A DNA stretch of 64,000 bases from a bacterium (GTDB taxonomy: Bacteria; SAR324; NAC60-12). The notes beneath the pieces are model-generated. The model ran no database searches and was not told the origin of the DNA. It was given only the letters and a program-made list of their open reading frames with translations. Numbering within the stretch: the stretch's first letter is position 1; each line of letters starts with the position of its first letter. The translations under genes were made by a program, and so were the position numbers. The stretch lies in contig OZ242383.1 of assembly GCA_965209155.1 (NCBI GenBank), forward strand, positions 2,496,001 through 2,560,000, written 5' to 3'. Shown here in pieces: positions 22,494-33,538 of the stretch.

Positions 22494-24245
22494 CTAATTT
22501 CCATATACGCGGTCCCCTGGGGGCCAGCGAGTGATCGTCACGGGTAAATATTCCATGCGCGGAAGTCCGTCATCGTTCCGGTAGGCCAAGCTGTGCGCTA
22601 AAAATTGTTTATCGTCTCGTTCCGGAAAATCCGTGCGTTGGTGCGAACCGCGTGACTCGGTCCTTTGCAATGCGGATTGGACCACGGCCTCTGCCACGTC
22701 CAACATATATCCCAGTTCGATGGCATTGACCAGCTCCGTATTGAAGGTGAGACTGTGATCGTCCAAGGCGAGATTCAAAAAACGTTCCTGGAGTTCCCGG
22801 ATGGTTTGCTGGGACTGCTCGAGGGAATGCTGTTCCCGGAAAATGCCCGCGCCCTCTTCCATTGCCTGGTGCAACTCCTTTCTCAGGGGAGCAATGCGCT
22901 CTTTCCCTCCTTCCTTCCTGAGAAATTGCCGTTCCACTCGTTTCCTTTCATCAGCCAGCAGAGATTGCAAGTGGGGGCCGGGTAGTTTTTGATCACAGGC
23001 GAAGCGGGCTGCCGCCTTGCCTGCTCGAGCGCCAAAAACCAACAATTCGGTCAGGGAATTGGAGCCCAGCCGGTTGGCGCCATTGATACTGACGCAAGCT
23101 GCCTCCCCTGCAGCATAGAGACCTTCCAGGGGAGTGGCCCCGTGGATGTCGGTATGGATTCCCCCCATCATGTAATGCACGACTGGTCGTACGGGAATCA
23201 TCTCCTTCACCGGGTCGATATTTTCGTACTTCAGACAAAGTTCGCGGACAAAAGGCAATTTGGTGTTGATCACCTCCTCTCCCAAACGACGGAGGTCGAG
23301 ATGGACATAGTGTCCATATTCACCAACAAGCGTCCGCCCTTTCTCTTGTTCCTTGATAAAGGCCTGTGAAAGGCGGTCACGAGGTCCCAGCTCCATGGAA
23401 CGCAGGACGGGTTCCGGTTCCGGCGTCCCCAAATCGTAATCTTGCAAGTAGCGATAACCGTCTTTGTTGAGTAACCACCCTCCTTCCGCACGAGACGCTT
23501 CCGTGATCAGAATTCCGGTAAATGGAAGTCCGGTCGGATGATACTGCACGAACTCCATATCCTTGAGGGGAACGCCGGCCTGGTACGCCAGGGACATCCC
23601 ATCCCCATTTTTGATGTTCGCATTGGTGGTAAATGGGAAGACTTTGCCACAACCTCCCGTACAGACAATGACGGCCCTGGCCAGGATGGCGTGCATTTTT
23701 CCGGTAGCCAGTTCGATCGCGGCCACCCCCTGGCAACGGCCTTCATCGACCAGTAGCCGGGTCACGAAATATTCGTCGTACCGGATGACGGGTTTGTATT
23801 TGAGACTGGTTTGGAACAAGGCGTGAAGCATGTGAAAACCGGTTTTATCGGCAGCATACCAGGTTCGTTTGATTTTCATGCCGCCAAAAGGACGGACAGC
23901 CACGGTGCCGTCCACTTCTCGACTCCAGGGACATCCCCAGTGTTCGAGTTGTAACATTTCCAGGGGCGCTTCATTCACGAAAGCTTCCACCGCATCCTGG
24001 TCACAGAGCCAATCGGCGCCGGAAATCGTATCGTAAGCATGGGCTTCCAAACTGTCATTCGACTTGATAACGGCTGCTGCGCCTCCTTCCGCCGATACGG
24101 TGTGACTGCGCATCGGATACACTTTCGAGACCACGGCGATGCTCAAATTCGCATTCGTTTCGGCAACGGCAATCGCTGCCCTGAGCCCTGCGCCGCCGCC
24201 GCCCACGATCAGAACGTCGTGCGTGTTTGCTTCATACTCGGCCAT
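22494..24245 (-). CDS. frdA: Fumarate reductase flavoprotein subunit
   Basis: [16 protein letters not shown] covalent-FAD motif, [10 protein letters not shown] and ESRGSH. Confidence 0.95.
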   Translation of the reverse strand: MAEYEANTHDVLIVGGGGAGLRAAIAVAETNANLSIAVVSKVYPMRSHTVSAEGGAAAVIKSNDSLEAHAYDTISGADWLCDQDAVEAFVNEAPLEMLQLEHWGCPWSREVDGTVAVRPFGGMKIKRTWYAADKTGFHMLHALFQTSLKYKPVIRYDEYFVTRLLVDEGRCQGVAAIELATGKMHAILARAVIVCTGGCGKVFPFTTNANIKNGDGMSLAYQAGVPLKDMEFVQYHPTGLPFTGILITEASRAEGGWLLNKDGYRYLQDYDLGTPEPEPVLRSMELGPRDRLSQAFIKEQEKGRTLVGEYGHYVHLDLRRLGEEVINTKLPFVRELCLKYENIDPVKEMIPVRPVVHYMMGGIHTDIHGATPLEGLYAAGEAACVSINGANRLGSNSLTELLVFGARAGKAAARFACDQKLPGPHLQSLLADERKRVERQFLRKEGGKERIAPLRKELHQAMEEGAGIFREQHSLEQSQQTIRELQERFLNLALDDHSLTFNTELVNAIELGYMLDVAEAVVQSALQRTESRGSHQRTDFPERDDKQFLAHSLAYRNDDGLPRMEYLPVTITRWPPGDRVYGN

Positions 24246-24358
24246 TTACTCTCCTGAGGTCTGTTCCAATACCTTTCCGCCATCGTGCGCTTCCTCTGAA
24301 GCGAAAGAGGCTCCATCCATATTAAAGCTTGCTTAAAATTATGCAAGATAAAAATTAA

Positions 24359-24515
24359 GAAGGCACAAAGGCACAAAGGCACAAAGGCACAAAGGCACAA
24401 AGGCACAAAGGCACGAAGAGAGGCACAAAGGCACAAAGGCACAAAGGCACAAAGGAAGAGAGGCGCCAAGGAGACTCGTGAAGGAACCGAAAACCGATAA
24501 CTGGTGCATAGGCAC
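24359..24515. repeat. Octamer-linker-heptamer composite array
   Basis: (AAAGGCAC)n, AAGGAGACTCGTGAAGGAAC, then heptamers. Confidence 0.9.
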
Positions 24516-24644
24516 AATAAATCGATGAGATAAAGTTGACGCTTATTGAAAATTGGTTGGAATCTGTTAGAGTCTACGAAATCCTTTCACCCTTCACTCA
24601 TGCTGAAATTCCAAAGTGAAGCCTGAATATACCAGAACCTGAAA

Positions 24645-25112
24645 ATGTATAAAATTTGCTTCATTTGGGTGGGTAAAACCCGGGAGGATTACCTGAAAAA
24701 GGCGATCGACCAGTATTTTTCCAAATTACGGCGTGATACGTTTGTCTCGCTTTCAGAAATCAAGCAGGGCCACTATGCTCACGGAAACGAGCGACTTTGG
24801 CGTATCCGAGACACGCAAGCCATCCTGAAAAAACTCCACGTCACCGACACAACGATCGTGCTGGACGAAAGAGGAAAACAAAAAACATCATCGCAATTGG
24901 CTCAATTTCTGGAACAACTCAAAACCACTCAACCCCGCCAGTTGAATTTTGTCGTAGGAGGTCCATTCGGGTTGGAGTTGTCACTCTTTGAAAACCCCAT
25001 CCTTTTGAGCCTTTCCCCCATGACTTTTCCACACCAAATGGTACGATTGATCCTCTTGGAACAAGTTTACCGGGCTTTCAGGATCATCAAGGGTGAACCC
25101 TATCATCATTAG
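24645..25112 (+). CDS. rlmH: 23S rRNA m3-pseudouridine-1915 methyltransferase, copy 1
   Basis: LDERGK, FVVGGPFG, MTFPHQMVRLILLEQVYRA and GEPYH motifs. Confidence 0.93.
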   Translation: MYKICFIWVGKTREDYLKKAIDQYFSKLRRDTFVSLSEIKQGHYAHGNERLWRIRDTQAILKKLHVTDTTIVLDERGKQKTSSQLAQFLEQLKTTQPRQLNFVVGGPFGLELSLFENPILLSLSPMTFPHQMVRLILLEQVYRAFRIIKGEPYHH

Positions 25113-25405
25113 AAGAGAGGCACAAAGGCACAAAGGCACAAAGGCACAAAGGAAGAGAGGCACAAAGGCACAAAGGCACAAAGGAAGAGAGGCGCAAAGG
25201 CGCAAAGGCACAAAGGCACAAAGGAGACTCGTCAAGGATCTGAAAACCGATCACTGAAAACTGATAACCGATCACTGATAACCGATCACTGGCACAAAGG
25301 CACGAAGGAAGAGAGGCGCCAAGGAGACTCGTGAAGGAACTGATAACTGATTACCGATAACCGAAAATTGGTAACCGATAACCGATAACTGGTGCAAAGG
25401 CACAA
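25113..25405. repeat. Octamer-linker-heptamer composite arrays at the rlmH duplication junction
   Basis: Begins like the array at 26002 and ends like the array at 24359. Confidence 0.9.
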
Positions 25406-25533
25406 TAAAACGATGAGAAAAAAGTTGACGCTTATTGAAAATTGGTTGGAATCTGTTAGAGTCTACGAAATCCTTTCACCCTTCACTCATGCTGAAATTC
25501 CAAAGCGAAGCCTGAATATTCCAGAACCTGAAA

Positions 25534-26001
25534 ATGTATAAAATTTGCTTCATTTGGGTGGGTAAAACCCGGGAGGATTACCTGAAAAAGGCGATCGATC
25601 AGTATTTTTCCAAATTACGGCGTGACACGTTTGTCTCGCTTTCAGAAATCAAGCAAGGCCACTATGCTCACGGAAACGAGCGACTTTGGCGTATCCGAGA
25701 CACGCAAGCCATCCTGAAAAAACTCCACGTCACCGACACAACGATCGTGCTGGACGAAAGAGGAAAACAAAAAACATCATCGCAATTGGCTCAATTTCTG
25801 GAACAACTCAAAACCACTCAACCCCGCCAGTTGAATTTTGTCGTAGGAGGTCCATTCGGGTTGGAGTTGTCACTCTTTGAAAACCCCATCCTTTTGAGCC
25901 TTTCCCCCATGACTTTTCCACACCAAATGGTACGATTGATCCTCTTGGAACAAGTTTACCGGGCTTTCAGGATCATCAAGGGTGAACCCTATCATCATTA
26001 G
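25534..26001 (+). CDS. rlmH: 23S rRNA m3-pseudouridine-1915 methyltransferase, copy 2
   Basis: Same protein as copy 1; three synonymous differences seen. Confidence 0.93.
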   Translation: MYKICFIWVGKTREDYLKKAIDQYFSKLRRDTFVSLSEIKQGHYAHGNERLWRIRDTQAILKKLHVTDTTIVLDERGKQKTSSQLAQFLEQLKTTQPRQLNFVVGGPFGLELSLFENPILLSLSPMTFPHQMVRLILLEQVYRAFRIIKGEPYHH

Positions 26002-26256
26002 AAGAGAGGCACAAAGGCACAAAGGCACAAAGGCACAAAGGCACAAAGGAAGAGAGGCACAAAGGAAGAGAGGCGTTAAGGCATAAAGGAGACTCGTGAA
26101 GGAACTGATAACCGACAACCGATAACGGATAACGGATAAACGATAACTGACAACCGACAACCGGTAACGGATAACGGATAACTGACAACCGATAACTGAC
26201 AACCGTTAACCGATAACGGATAACCGACAACCGATAACTGACAACCGATAACTGAC
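26002..26256. repeat. Octamer-linker-heptamer composite array abutting the next ATG
   Basis: About 20 heptamer units end directly at ATG 26257. Confidence 0.9.
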
Positions 26257-27567
26257 ATGAGACGTATCGTCGTATTGGCCGGAGTATTGATCCTTTGCAG
26301 CATCACCGGTTATTTCATGTATTTGAACAACCACAAAGTTCCTTTGGTGTTATTGAGTTCCTATACGCTTCATTTTTCTTTGTGGCTCATCCTTTTCATT
26401 GTGTTTTTCAGTGGATTGTTTTTGGCTTGGTTCTATCAACTCCTTTTTCATCCGGACCGTCTGTTTCAACGGATCAAACAGCGGTGGCTCTATTATCAAA
26501 ACGAAAAATGGGAGCAGAAGCTGCGCGATTTTTATGAAGCCAGCCTGCGTTGTGATTTCAAAGCAATGCGGGCCGTCTTTCGGAGTATGGAGCGTTCCTA
26601 CGAAATCCCCTTGCATACCAGGGTGCATTATTTGAAAAAACAACGCTTCGAAAATTCCAGCGCCTCCGTCCTGGAAGGCTTCCACCAACTCAAACAAAAA
26701 TTTCCGGGCAATTTGCGGGTGCTCCTTCCCTATCAAAAACTGGCGCTTGAAATAAAGGAATGGGCAACCGCCGAATTGCTCAGCCAGGAGATTTTGAACC
26801 TGGAAAAAAACCACCCCGTGGGTCTGGAGGGTTTACGACAGGTCCACCTGCACCGGGAGGAATGGGAAAAATGCCTGCAAGTGGAGGTTCAACTCATCGC
26901 CCGTTTTCCGCGAAGCGTCGTGGCGGAATCATTACTGGCCCGGCATGAAACGCACGTGCTCAAGGGATTGGAACAGAATCCCGGGTTGCTTTCGCAGATC
27001 AACCTGAATCATATTCCCGGCAAAGCGTCTTCGTTCAAGAAATATCATCGGGTGACCCTCATCCTCGCGGAAGCGGAGCAAATGAGCCGAAGCGGGAAAT
27101 ACGAACAAGCCGCCGATTTGCTCAAACGCGCCTATGAAAAAAACGCCGCCCCCGTTTTGTTGGATCGCCTGGATTCCATGTTTTACCAGGCAGGGCTCAG
27201 TCAGAAAGCGCTGGACGTCCTGCGCGATCTCCAGCGTTCTCCTGCGGCAAACCTCTACGTGGACCTGGTACGAGTTCGTATCCACTATAAAATGAATCAC
27301 TTCGATCAAGCCCGTACGGTTTTAAGCAGATTGTCCGGCCAGCACCCCGGACCCTCCGTTTTGTATCACGCTTTGGATTATTTACTCGCCATACGGGAAA
27401 ACGACCCGCTCCGTCTCCGCGATGCCGCCCAATCGCTGCTTCCGGGGAAAGACCTGCTGGAAAATCTCTATTCCTGCAACCAGTGCGGAAGGGTTGGTCC
27501 CTGGCAGTCGGTTTGTGATCGTTGCCACCACCTGTACAGTTACGTTCATCGAGACCATTTAACCTGA
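26257..27567 (+). CDS. LapB-like TPR protein with a LapA-like two-helix N-terminus and C-terminal rubredoxin-like Cys pairs
   Basis: Two N-terminal TM segments, helical repeats, YSCNQCG...CDRC. Confidence 0.65.
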   Translation: MRRIVVLAGVLILCSITGYFMYLNNHKVPLVLLSSYTLHFSLWLILFIVFFSGLFLAWFYQLLFHPDRLFQRIKQRWLYYQNEKWEQKLRDFYEASLRCDFKAMRAVFRSMERSYEIPLHTRVHYLKKQRFENSSASVLEGFHQLKQKFPGNLRVLLPYQKLALEIKEWATAELLSQEILNLEKNHPVGLEGLRQVHLHREEWEKCLQVEVQLIARFPRSVVAESLLARHETHVLKGLEQNPGLLSQINLNHIPGKASSFKKYHRVTLILAEAEQMSRSGKYEQAADLLKRAYEKNAAPVLLDRLDSMFYQAGLSQKALDVLRDLQRSPAANLYVDLVRVRIHYKMNHFDQARTVLSRLSGQHPGPSVLYHALDYLLAIRENDPLRLRDAAQSLLPGKDLLENLYSCNQCGRVGPWQSVCDRCHHLYSYVHRDHLT

Positions 27568-27812
27568 GTTCGAGATCAGCATTGAATTAATTCAATACGT
27601 TATGGAATCTTCATATCTGAGAGAAACCGTGTCATTCCTGGCTTGACCCGGAATCCAGTATGCCTTTGTGCCTCTGTGCCTTTGTGCCAGTTAACGGTTA
27701 TCAGTTGTCAGTTATCGGTTATCAGTTCCTTCACGCCACTCCCCTCTTCCCTTTGTGCCTTTGTGCCTTTGTGCCTTCCCTCAGTGTCATTCCCGGCTTG
27801 ACCCGGAATCCA
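27562..27812. repeat. Left part of a CCTGAGTTCGA element plus REPs and octamer/heptamer array
   Basis: Matches 9136 onward and 30269 onward. Confidence 0.8.
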
Positions 27813-27829
27813 GAGGAGCGCAGCTGTCT

Positions 27830-30235
27830 TTAGAAAGTTTCTGCTCCTGCTTCCGAAACCACCGGCTCTTTTTCAAAGACTTTGGAGTCTTTCGCATAGA
27901 TTTTGGGGAAATATTCCAATCCGAAATGCAAAGCCTCCTCCACGTTGACCACTGCCAGAATTTTCAATCCTTGCTTGATTTCATCCGGAATTTCAACCAG
28001 GTCCTTGGCATTGTCCTCGGGGACGAGGACGGTTTGCAGGTTCCCTCGTTTGGCAGCCAACAATTTTTCTTTCAATCCTCCGATTTCCGTCACATGGCCA
28101 CGAAGCGTGATTTCGCCGGTCATGGCCACCTCATGCCGGACGGGGATCTTGGTGAAGGCACTCACGATGGAGGTGATCAGGGGGAGTCCGGCGGAAGGTC
28201 CGTCCTTGGGAATGGCCCCTTCGGGAAGATGGACGTGCAAATCCGTTTTGCTGAAAACCGAACTATCCAATCCCAAAAGAGTGACGTTGGATCGGACGTA
28301 CGAGAAGGCGGCTTGCGCGGATTCCTGCATGACGTCTCCCAACTTTCCGGTTAAGGACAATTTACCGCTTCCCGGCATCAAACTGGCTTCTACGAGCAGC
28401 AATTCTCCTCCCATTGACGTGACTCCCAACCCGACCGTGATGCCCACTTTGCTGGACTCTTCCTTCGTATCGTACTGGTAAGGAGGCACTCCGAGCAATT
28501 TATGCACCAAATTGGGAGTGACGATGAGATTTTTTTCGGATTTCGTACGCACCAGCCTCGTCACGATTTTCCGGCAGATTTTGCCGATTTCCCGTTCCAG
28601 GTTACGAACGCCGGCTTCCCGGGTGTAGCGCTGGATGACTTCACTGATGGCTTTGTGGCGGAATGCGATCTGCTCCGCTTCCACTCCATGAAGCGCGCAT
28701 TGCTTCGGTACCAGGAATTGGGTGGCAATATGATGCTTTTCCAATTCCGAATAGCCGGACAATTCGATGGCCTCCATGCGATCCAGGAGTGGCGATTGAA
28801 TGAACTCCGTGGAATTGGCGGTGCAGATGAATAAAATCTCGGAAAGGTTGTATTCCACCTCCAGGTAATGATCCATGAACGTGTGGTTCTGCTCCGGGTC
28901 CAGCACCTCCAGCAAAGCCGCTGCCGGATCACTCAAGGGACTTTGGTAGACCTTATCGATTTCATCGATCAACAAAACCGGATTGTTGGTTTTGCCTTTG
29001 CGGATCGACTGGATGATTTTGCCCGGCAGCGCGCCAATATACGTGCGTCGATGTCCTCGAATTTCCGCTTCGTCCCGAATGCCTCCCAGACTCATCCTGA
29101 CGAATTGACGATCCAAAGCGCGCGCTACCGATTTGGCCAGGGACGTTTTTCCGACGCCCGGGGGGCCGACTAAACATAAAATCGGCCCTTTCAGCGTCCC
29201 CTTCAAGTGAGCGACGGCAATGTATTCAATAATGCGTTGCTTTACTTTTTCCAAACCATAGTGGTCTTCATCCAGACGTTTTTGCGCGATATCCAAGTCG
29301 AAATTGTCCTTGGTTCTATTCTGCCAGGGCATGGAGACCAGCCATTCCAGGTAGTTGCGTACGACATTCGATTCAGCCGACATGGGAGACATCAGTTTCA
29401 GTTTTTTTAACTCCTTGAGCGCTAATTCCTCGGCCTCCTTCGACATTTTCGCTTTTTTGATGCGATGGGAAAGTTCTTCGATTTCCGTGCGAAATTCGTC
29501 GATCTGTCCCAGTTCTTTCTGGATGGAGTGGAGTTGGTCTTGCAGGTAATCTTCCTTTTGAGAACCCCGGATTTGTTCTTTAGCCTGACTTTTCAAGCGG
29601 TTTTCCAGTTTACTCACTTCGAATTCGTCTTCCAGAATCCGGCAGATCGATTCCAGGCGTTCCCGGATATCCAGACATTCGAGCAAGTCTCGTTTTTGTT
29701 CCCTGCTGGTCTCGAGCAAAGGCACGAGACTATCGGCCAACAAAACCGGCTCCACGCGTTGCAGCGATTCGATTTTTTTCTCGGGAATTTTTTTCTTGCT
29801 GGATTCCTGGTATTTTCCCAGGGCATGCCAGGTTTTTTGCACCAACTCTTCGAATCGCTCCTTATCCGAAATTTGGTCGACAATGGTCTCAACGCGCGCC
29901 AGGTACAATCCTTCGTCCAACTGGGTTTCCAGGATACGGGCGCGGTGCGTTGCTTCAAACAATGCCTTGACGGTTCCATTGGGTAAGCGCATGATTTGCA
30001 AGACCTTGCCAATCGTTCCGATACGGTAGAGATCTTGCTCGGCAGGTGTTTCGGTGGAGGAATTTTTCTGCGTGATCACGAAGATCCGTCGATCGGTCGC
30101 CAAGGCTTTGTCCAGGGCTTCCATGGATGGTTTGCGTCCCACGAAAAAAGGAATGGTCGTTGCCGGAAAAACCACTTCTTCGCGGAGAGGCAACATGGGA
30201 AGTAATTGGGGTCGCAGCACTGAAAATTCGGACAT
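27830..30235 (-). CDS. lon: Lon protease
   Basis: GPPGVGKTS, RGHRRTYIGALPG, PKDGPSAG and IGGLKEK motifs; likely start MSEF at 30235. Confidence 0.97.
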   Translation of the reverse strand: MSEFSVLRPQLLPMLPLREEVVFPATTIPFFVGRKPSMEALDKALATDRRIFVITQKNSSTETPAEQDLYRIGTIGKVLQIMRLPNGTVKALFEATHRARILETQLDEGLYLARVETIVDQISDKERFEELVQKTWHALGKYQESSKKKIPEKKIESLQRVEPVLLADSLVPLLETSREQKRDLLECLDIRERLESICRILEDEFEVSKLENRLKSQAKEQIRGSQKEDYLQDQLHSIQKELGQIDEFRTEIEELSHRIKKAKMSKEAEELALKELKKLKLMSPMSAESNVVRNYLEWLVSMPWQNRTKDNFDLDIAQKRLDEDHYGLEKVKQRIIEYIAVAHLKGTLKGPILCLVGPPGVGKTSLAKSVARALDRQFVRMSLGGIRDEAEIRGHRRTYIGALPGKIIQSIRKGKTNNPVLLIDEIDKVYQSPLSDPAAALLEVLDPEQNHTFMDHYLEVEYNLSEILFICTANSTEFIQSPLLDRMEAIELSGYSELEKHHIATQFLVPKQCALHGVEAEQIAFRHKAISEVIQRYTREAGVRNLEREIGKICRKIVTRLVRTKSEKNLIVTPNLVHKLLGVPPYQYDTKEESSKVGITVGLGVTSMGGELLLVEASLMPGSGKLSLTGKLGDVMQESAQAAFSYVRSNVTLLGLDSSVFSKTDLHVHLPEGAIPKDGPSAGLPLITSIVSAFTKIPVRHEVAMTGEITLRGHVTEIGGLKEKLLAAKRGNLQTVLVPEDNAKDLVEIPDEIKQGLKILAVVNVEEALHFGLEYFPKIYAKDSKVFEKEPVVSEAGAETF

Positions 30236-30268
30236 TTTCTCTCTCCTTGGTGGGGTTGTCTGTGTTAA

Positions 30269-30760
30269 CCCGAGTTCGAGATAAGCATTGAATCCATGCA
30301 ATATGTCATGGAATCTTCATCTCTCGGAAAAACCGTGTCATTCCTGGCTTGACCAGGAATCCAGCGGCTTCGCATTGTCGTCTTTCCAATTTAGGCCAAA
30401 TTTATGAAAAAGGCACGCAAAATTAAATGATTCATGGTACGTGCATGGATCTTGCGAAAGACCGATTCTATTTCTGAAGAAGGCACAAAGAAAGAAAGGC
30501 ACAAAGGCACAAAGGCGCGAAGAAAGGCACAAAGGCACAAAGGCACAAAGGCACAAAGGCACAAAGGAAGATTGGCAGAGTGGCGTGAAGGAACTGACCA
30601 CCGCTAAATTATAACCGATCACTGAGAACTAGCGCCAAAGCGCCATGGCACAAAGGCACAAAGGTGGGAAGGCACAAAGGGAAGACACAAAGGGAAGACA
30701 CAAAGGCACAAAGGAGACTCGTGAAGGAACTGATAACTGATCACTGACAACCGATAACCG
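30269..30760. repeat. CC(C/T)GAGTTCGA element remnant, REP and octamer/heptamer arrays
   Basis: Same motif families as elsewhere in the window. Confidence 0.8.
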
Positions 30761-30778
30761 AAGTTCAATGAAGCGCGT

Positions 30779-31303
30779 TCACTCTCCGGCAAAGCTCATG
30801 AGCGAGAAAACAGGATAAGCGGACAAACGAGCCTTTCCTTCGAGGTCGGGCAAATCGATGACAAAACAACATTCCACCACGCGTCCCCCGGCTTTTTCGA
30901 CAAGACGGCAGGCCGCTTCCATGGTCCCTCCGGTGGCCAGCAGGTCGTCCACCAAAAGCACGTTTTGACCCGTCGCCACCGAATCCACATGCATTTCCAA
31001 ACGGTCTTTCCCATATTCCAACTCATAATCCACTCCGATTGTAGGACCCGGCAATTTACCCGGTTTGCGAATCAAAAGCAGGCCCTTGCGCAATCGATCG
31101 GCCAGGGCCGCTCCCATGACGAATCCGCGGGCTTCGATTCCGGCAACCAAATCGATTGGATGCTCCCGGTAACGCCTTTCCAGGAGATCGAGTGTCATCC
31201 GCAACCCCGATGGATCCAACAAAAGCGTGGTGATGTCTCGAAATTGGATACCCGCCTTGGGAAAATCGGGGATCGTGCGAACCTTGGCTTTCAAAGCTTC
31301 CAT
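30779..31303 (-). CDS. apt: Adenine phosphoribosyltransferase
   Basis: PDFPKAGIQFRDIT, GIEARGF and VDDLLATGGT motifs. Confidence 0.97.
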   Translation of the reverse strand: MEALKAKVRTIPDFPKAGIQFRDITTLLLDPSGLRMTLDLLERRYREHPIDLVAGIEARGFVMGAALADRLRKGLLLIRKPGKLPGPTIGVDYELEYGKDRLEMHVDSVATGQNVLLVDDLLATGGTMEAACRLVEKAGGRVVECCFVIDLPDLEGKARLSAYPVFSLMSFAGE

Positions 31304-31313
31304 AAAACGCCTT

Positions 31314-32366
31314 CTATTTCAATGGGTGGAGTCGATCGGGCGGGAAAATACCTTTTTCCGTGACGATGCCTGTGATGTATTTGGCAGGAGTGACGTCAAA
31401 GGCCGGGTTTCTGGCAGGGCATGCCGCGGGAGCCGTTCGCACGCGTGAGAAATGCCCGTCTTCGGATAGACCCCAGGTGTACAACACTTCGTCGGGAGAA
31501 CGTTCTTCAATGGGAATCTCCGCGCCAGTGGGACACTCGAAGTCGATGGTGGAAAGCGGAGCGGCGACGTAAAAAGGGATTCCGCATTCGAAGGCAACGA
31601 CCGCCTTCGTGAAAGTCCCGATTTTGTTGGCCACGTCGCCATTGGCTGCGATCCGGTCTGCTCCGACAAACACTTTCTGGATATTGCCTCGAGCCATATA
31701 GTGTCCTGCCGCGTTGTCGGCAATCACGGTATGCGCGATCCCTTCTTGTCCGAGTTCCCATGCCGTCAAACGCGCCCCTTGTCCTCGAGGTCGCGTTTCG
31801 TCGACGAAAACAAAGATCTTTTTGCCGTCCCGGCTGGCCTGGTAAACGGGAGCGATGGCCGTTCCCCAATCCACGCACGCCAACCAGCCCGCATTGCAAT
31901 GCGTCAGGATCGCCTCTCCGTCCTGCAGCAACTCCGCGCCGAATCGTCCGATACTTCGACAGGCTTCCACACTCCCGTCCGCACTGCGCCTGGCCTGGAG
32001 CTCGGCTTTTTCACAGGCTTCTTTCCAGGAACCTGCCTCCTTGATGCAAGCGGAGACCCGGTCGATTTCAAAAAAAAGATTCTGTGCCGTGGGACGCGTG
32101 CTTTTCAGGCACCGGGACGCGCTTGCGCTGAATCGTCTGAAATCCCCGGCAGGCGCAGCCATGACGGCCTGGACCATGCCAAATGCCCCCGCAGCCCCGA
32201 TCGCCGGCGCCCCACGCACCCACATCTCCCTGATGGCAATGGCCGTTTCTTGATAACTGCGAAGAGAACGGATTTCAAACTCGTGGGGAATGCGAGGTTG
32301 GTAAACCAGTTTAACGGTCTCGCCTTCCATCCAGATCGATCGATAGGATTTGCCATGAACCTTCAC
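31314..32366 (-). CDS. mtnA: S-methyl-5-thioribose-1-phosphate isomerase
   Basis: VRGAPAIG, THCNAG, ETRPRGQGARLTAWEL, NKIGT and NPAFDVTP motifs. Confidence 0.95.
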   Translation of the reverse strand: MKVHGKSYRSIWMEGETVKLVYQPRIPHEFEIRSLRSYQETAIAIREMWVRGAPAIGAAGAFGMVQAVMAAPAGDFRRFSASASRCLKSTRPTAQNLFFEIDRVSACIKEAGSWKEACEKAELQARRSADGSVEACRSIGRFGAELLQDGEAILTHCNAGWLACVDWGTAIAPVYQASRDGKKIFVFVDETRPRGQGARLTAWELGQEGIAHTVIADNAAGHYMARGNIQKVFVGADRIAANGDVANKIGTFTKAVVAFECGIPFYVAAPLSTIDFECPTGAEIPIEERSPDEVLYTWGLSEDGHFSRVRTAPAACPARNPAFDVTPAKYITGIVTEKGIFPPDRLHPLK

Positions 32367-32401
32367 TGCGCATTCTCGTTCAAACCTTCTCGTAAGTTAA
32401 A

Positions 32402-33538
32402 CGTGAACCAGGAGTTGAATAACGTGTCCTTCCTGTCCCCGACCAGGAATCCAGTATGCCTCTCTTCCTTTGTGCCTTTGTGCCTTTGTGCCTCTCTTCG
32501 TGCCTTTGTGCCTTCCCCCCTTGTGTCATTCCTGGCCCAGACCAGGAATCCAGGGATTCGAATATGTCATACCTGCGGAAGCAGGAATCCAGTATGCCTC
32601 TCTTCCTTTGTGCCTTTGTGCCTTTGTGCCTTTGTGCCTTCCCTCAGTGCCTTTGTGCCTTCCCCCCTTGTGTCATTCCTGGCACGACCCGGAATCCAGG
32701 GAAACCAGCACAAACCGTGTATCCCGGATCATCCCGGACTCGATCCGATACCAGGAATCCAGTATGCCTCTCTTCCTTTGTGCCTTTGTGCCTTTGTGCC
32801 TTTGTGCCTTCCCCCCTTGTGTCCTTCCTGGCCCAGACCAGGAATCCAGGGAAACCAGCACAAACCGTGTATCTCGGATCATCCCGGACTCGATCCGATA
32901 CCAGGAATCCAGTATGCCTCTCTTCCTTTGTGCCTTTGTGCCTTTGTGCCTTCCCCCCTTGTGTCCTTCCTGGCACGACCCGGAATCCAGGGATTCGCAT
33001 TGGTCATACCTGCGGAAGCAGGAATCCCGTATGCCTCTCTTCCTTTGTGCCTTTGTGCCTTTGTGCCTTTGTGCCTCTCTTCGTGCCTTTGTGCCTTCCC
33101 CCCTTGTGTCCTTCCTGTCCCCGACCCGAAATCCAGGGAAATCGAACAGGAATCCAGTATGCCTCTCTTCCTTTGTGCCTTTGTGCCTTTGTGCCTTCCC
33201 CCCTTGTGTCCTTCCTGGCACGACCCGGAATCCAGGGATTCGCATTGGTCATACCTGCGGAAGCAGGAATCCCGTATGCCTCTCTTCCTTTGTGCCTTTG
33301 TGCCTTTGTGCCTTTGTGCCTCTCTTCGTGCCTTTGTGCCTTCCCCCCTTGTGTCCTTCCTGGCCCAGACCAGGAATCTAGGGGAAGTCATCCTGAGCGG
33401 ACCGGATCCCCGCCTACGCGAGGATGAGCCATACACTTAAGACACTCATATTCTTGAAAAGTCATGTCGAACTCAGGTTATATATTCAATCATACCATGT
33501 ACGAATCAGGAGTTGAAATTTAATTTATAAAATCTATA
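32402..33538. repeat. 1.1-kb mosaic of REP palindromes alternating with octamer arrays (higher-order units of about 140-245 bp)
   Basis: Repeated GGAATCC..TATGCCTCTCTTCC(TTTGTGCC)n TTCCCCCCTTGTGTC units; MITE termini at both ends. Confidence 0.92.

Noticed and set aside
31701..33440. 579-aa plus-strand ORF
   Set aside because: Antisense shadow of mtnA running into the repeat mosaic
32402..33538. Possible CRISPR array
   Set aside because: The intervening sequences are themselves repeated, unit lengths are irregular and there are no cas genes
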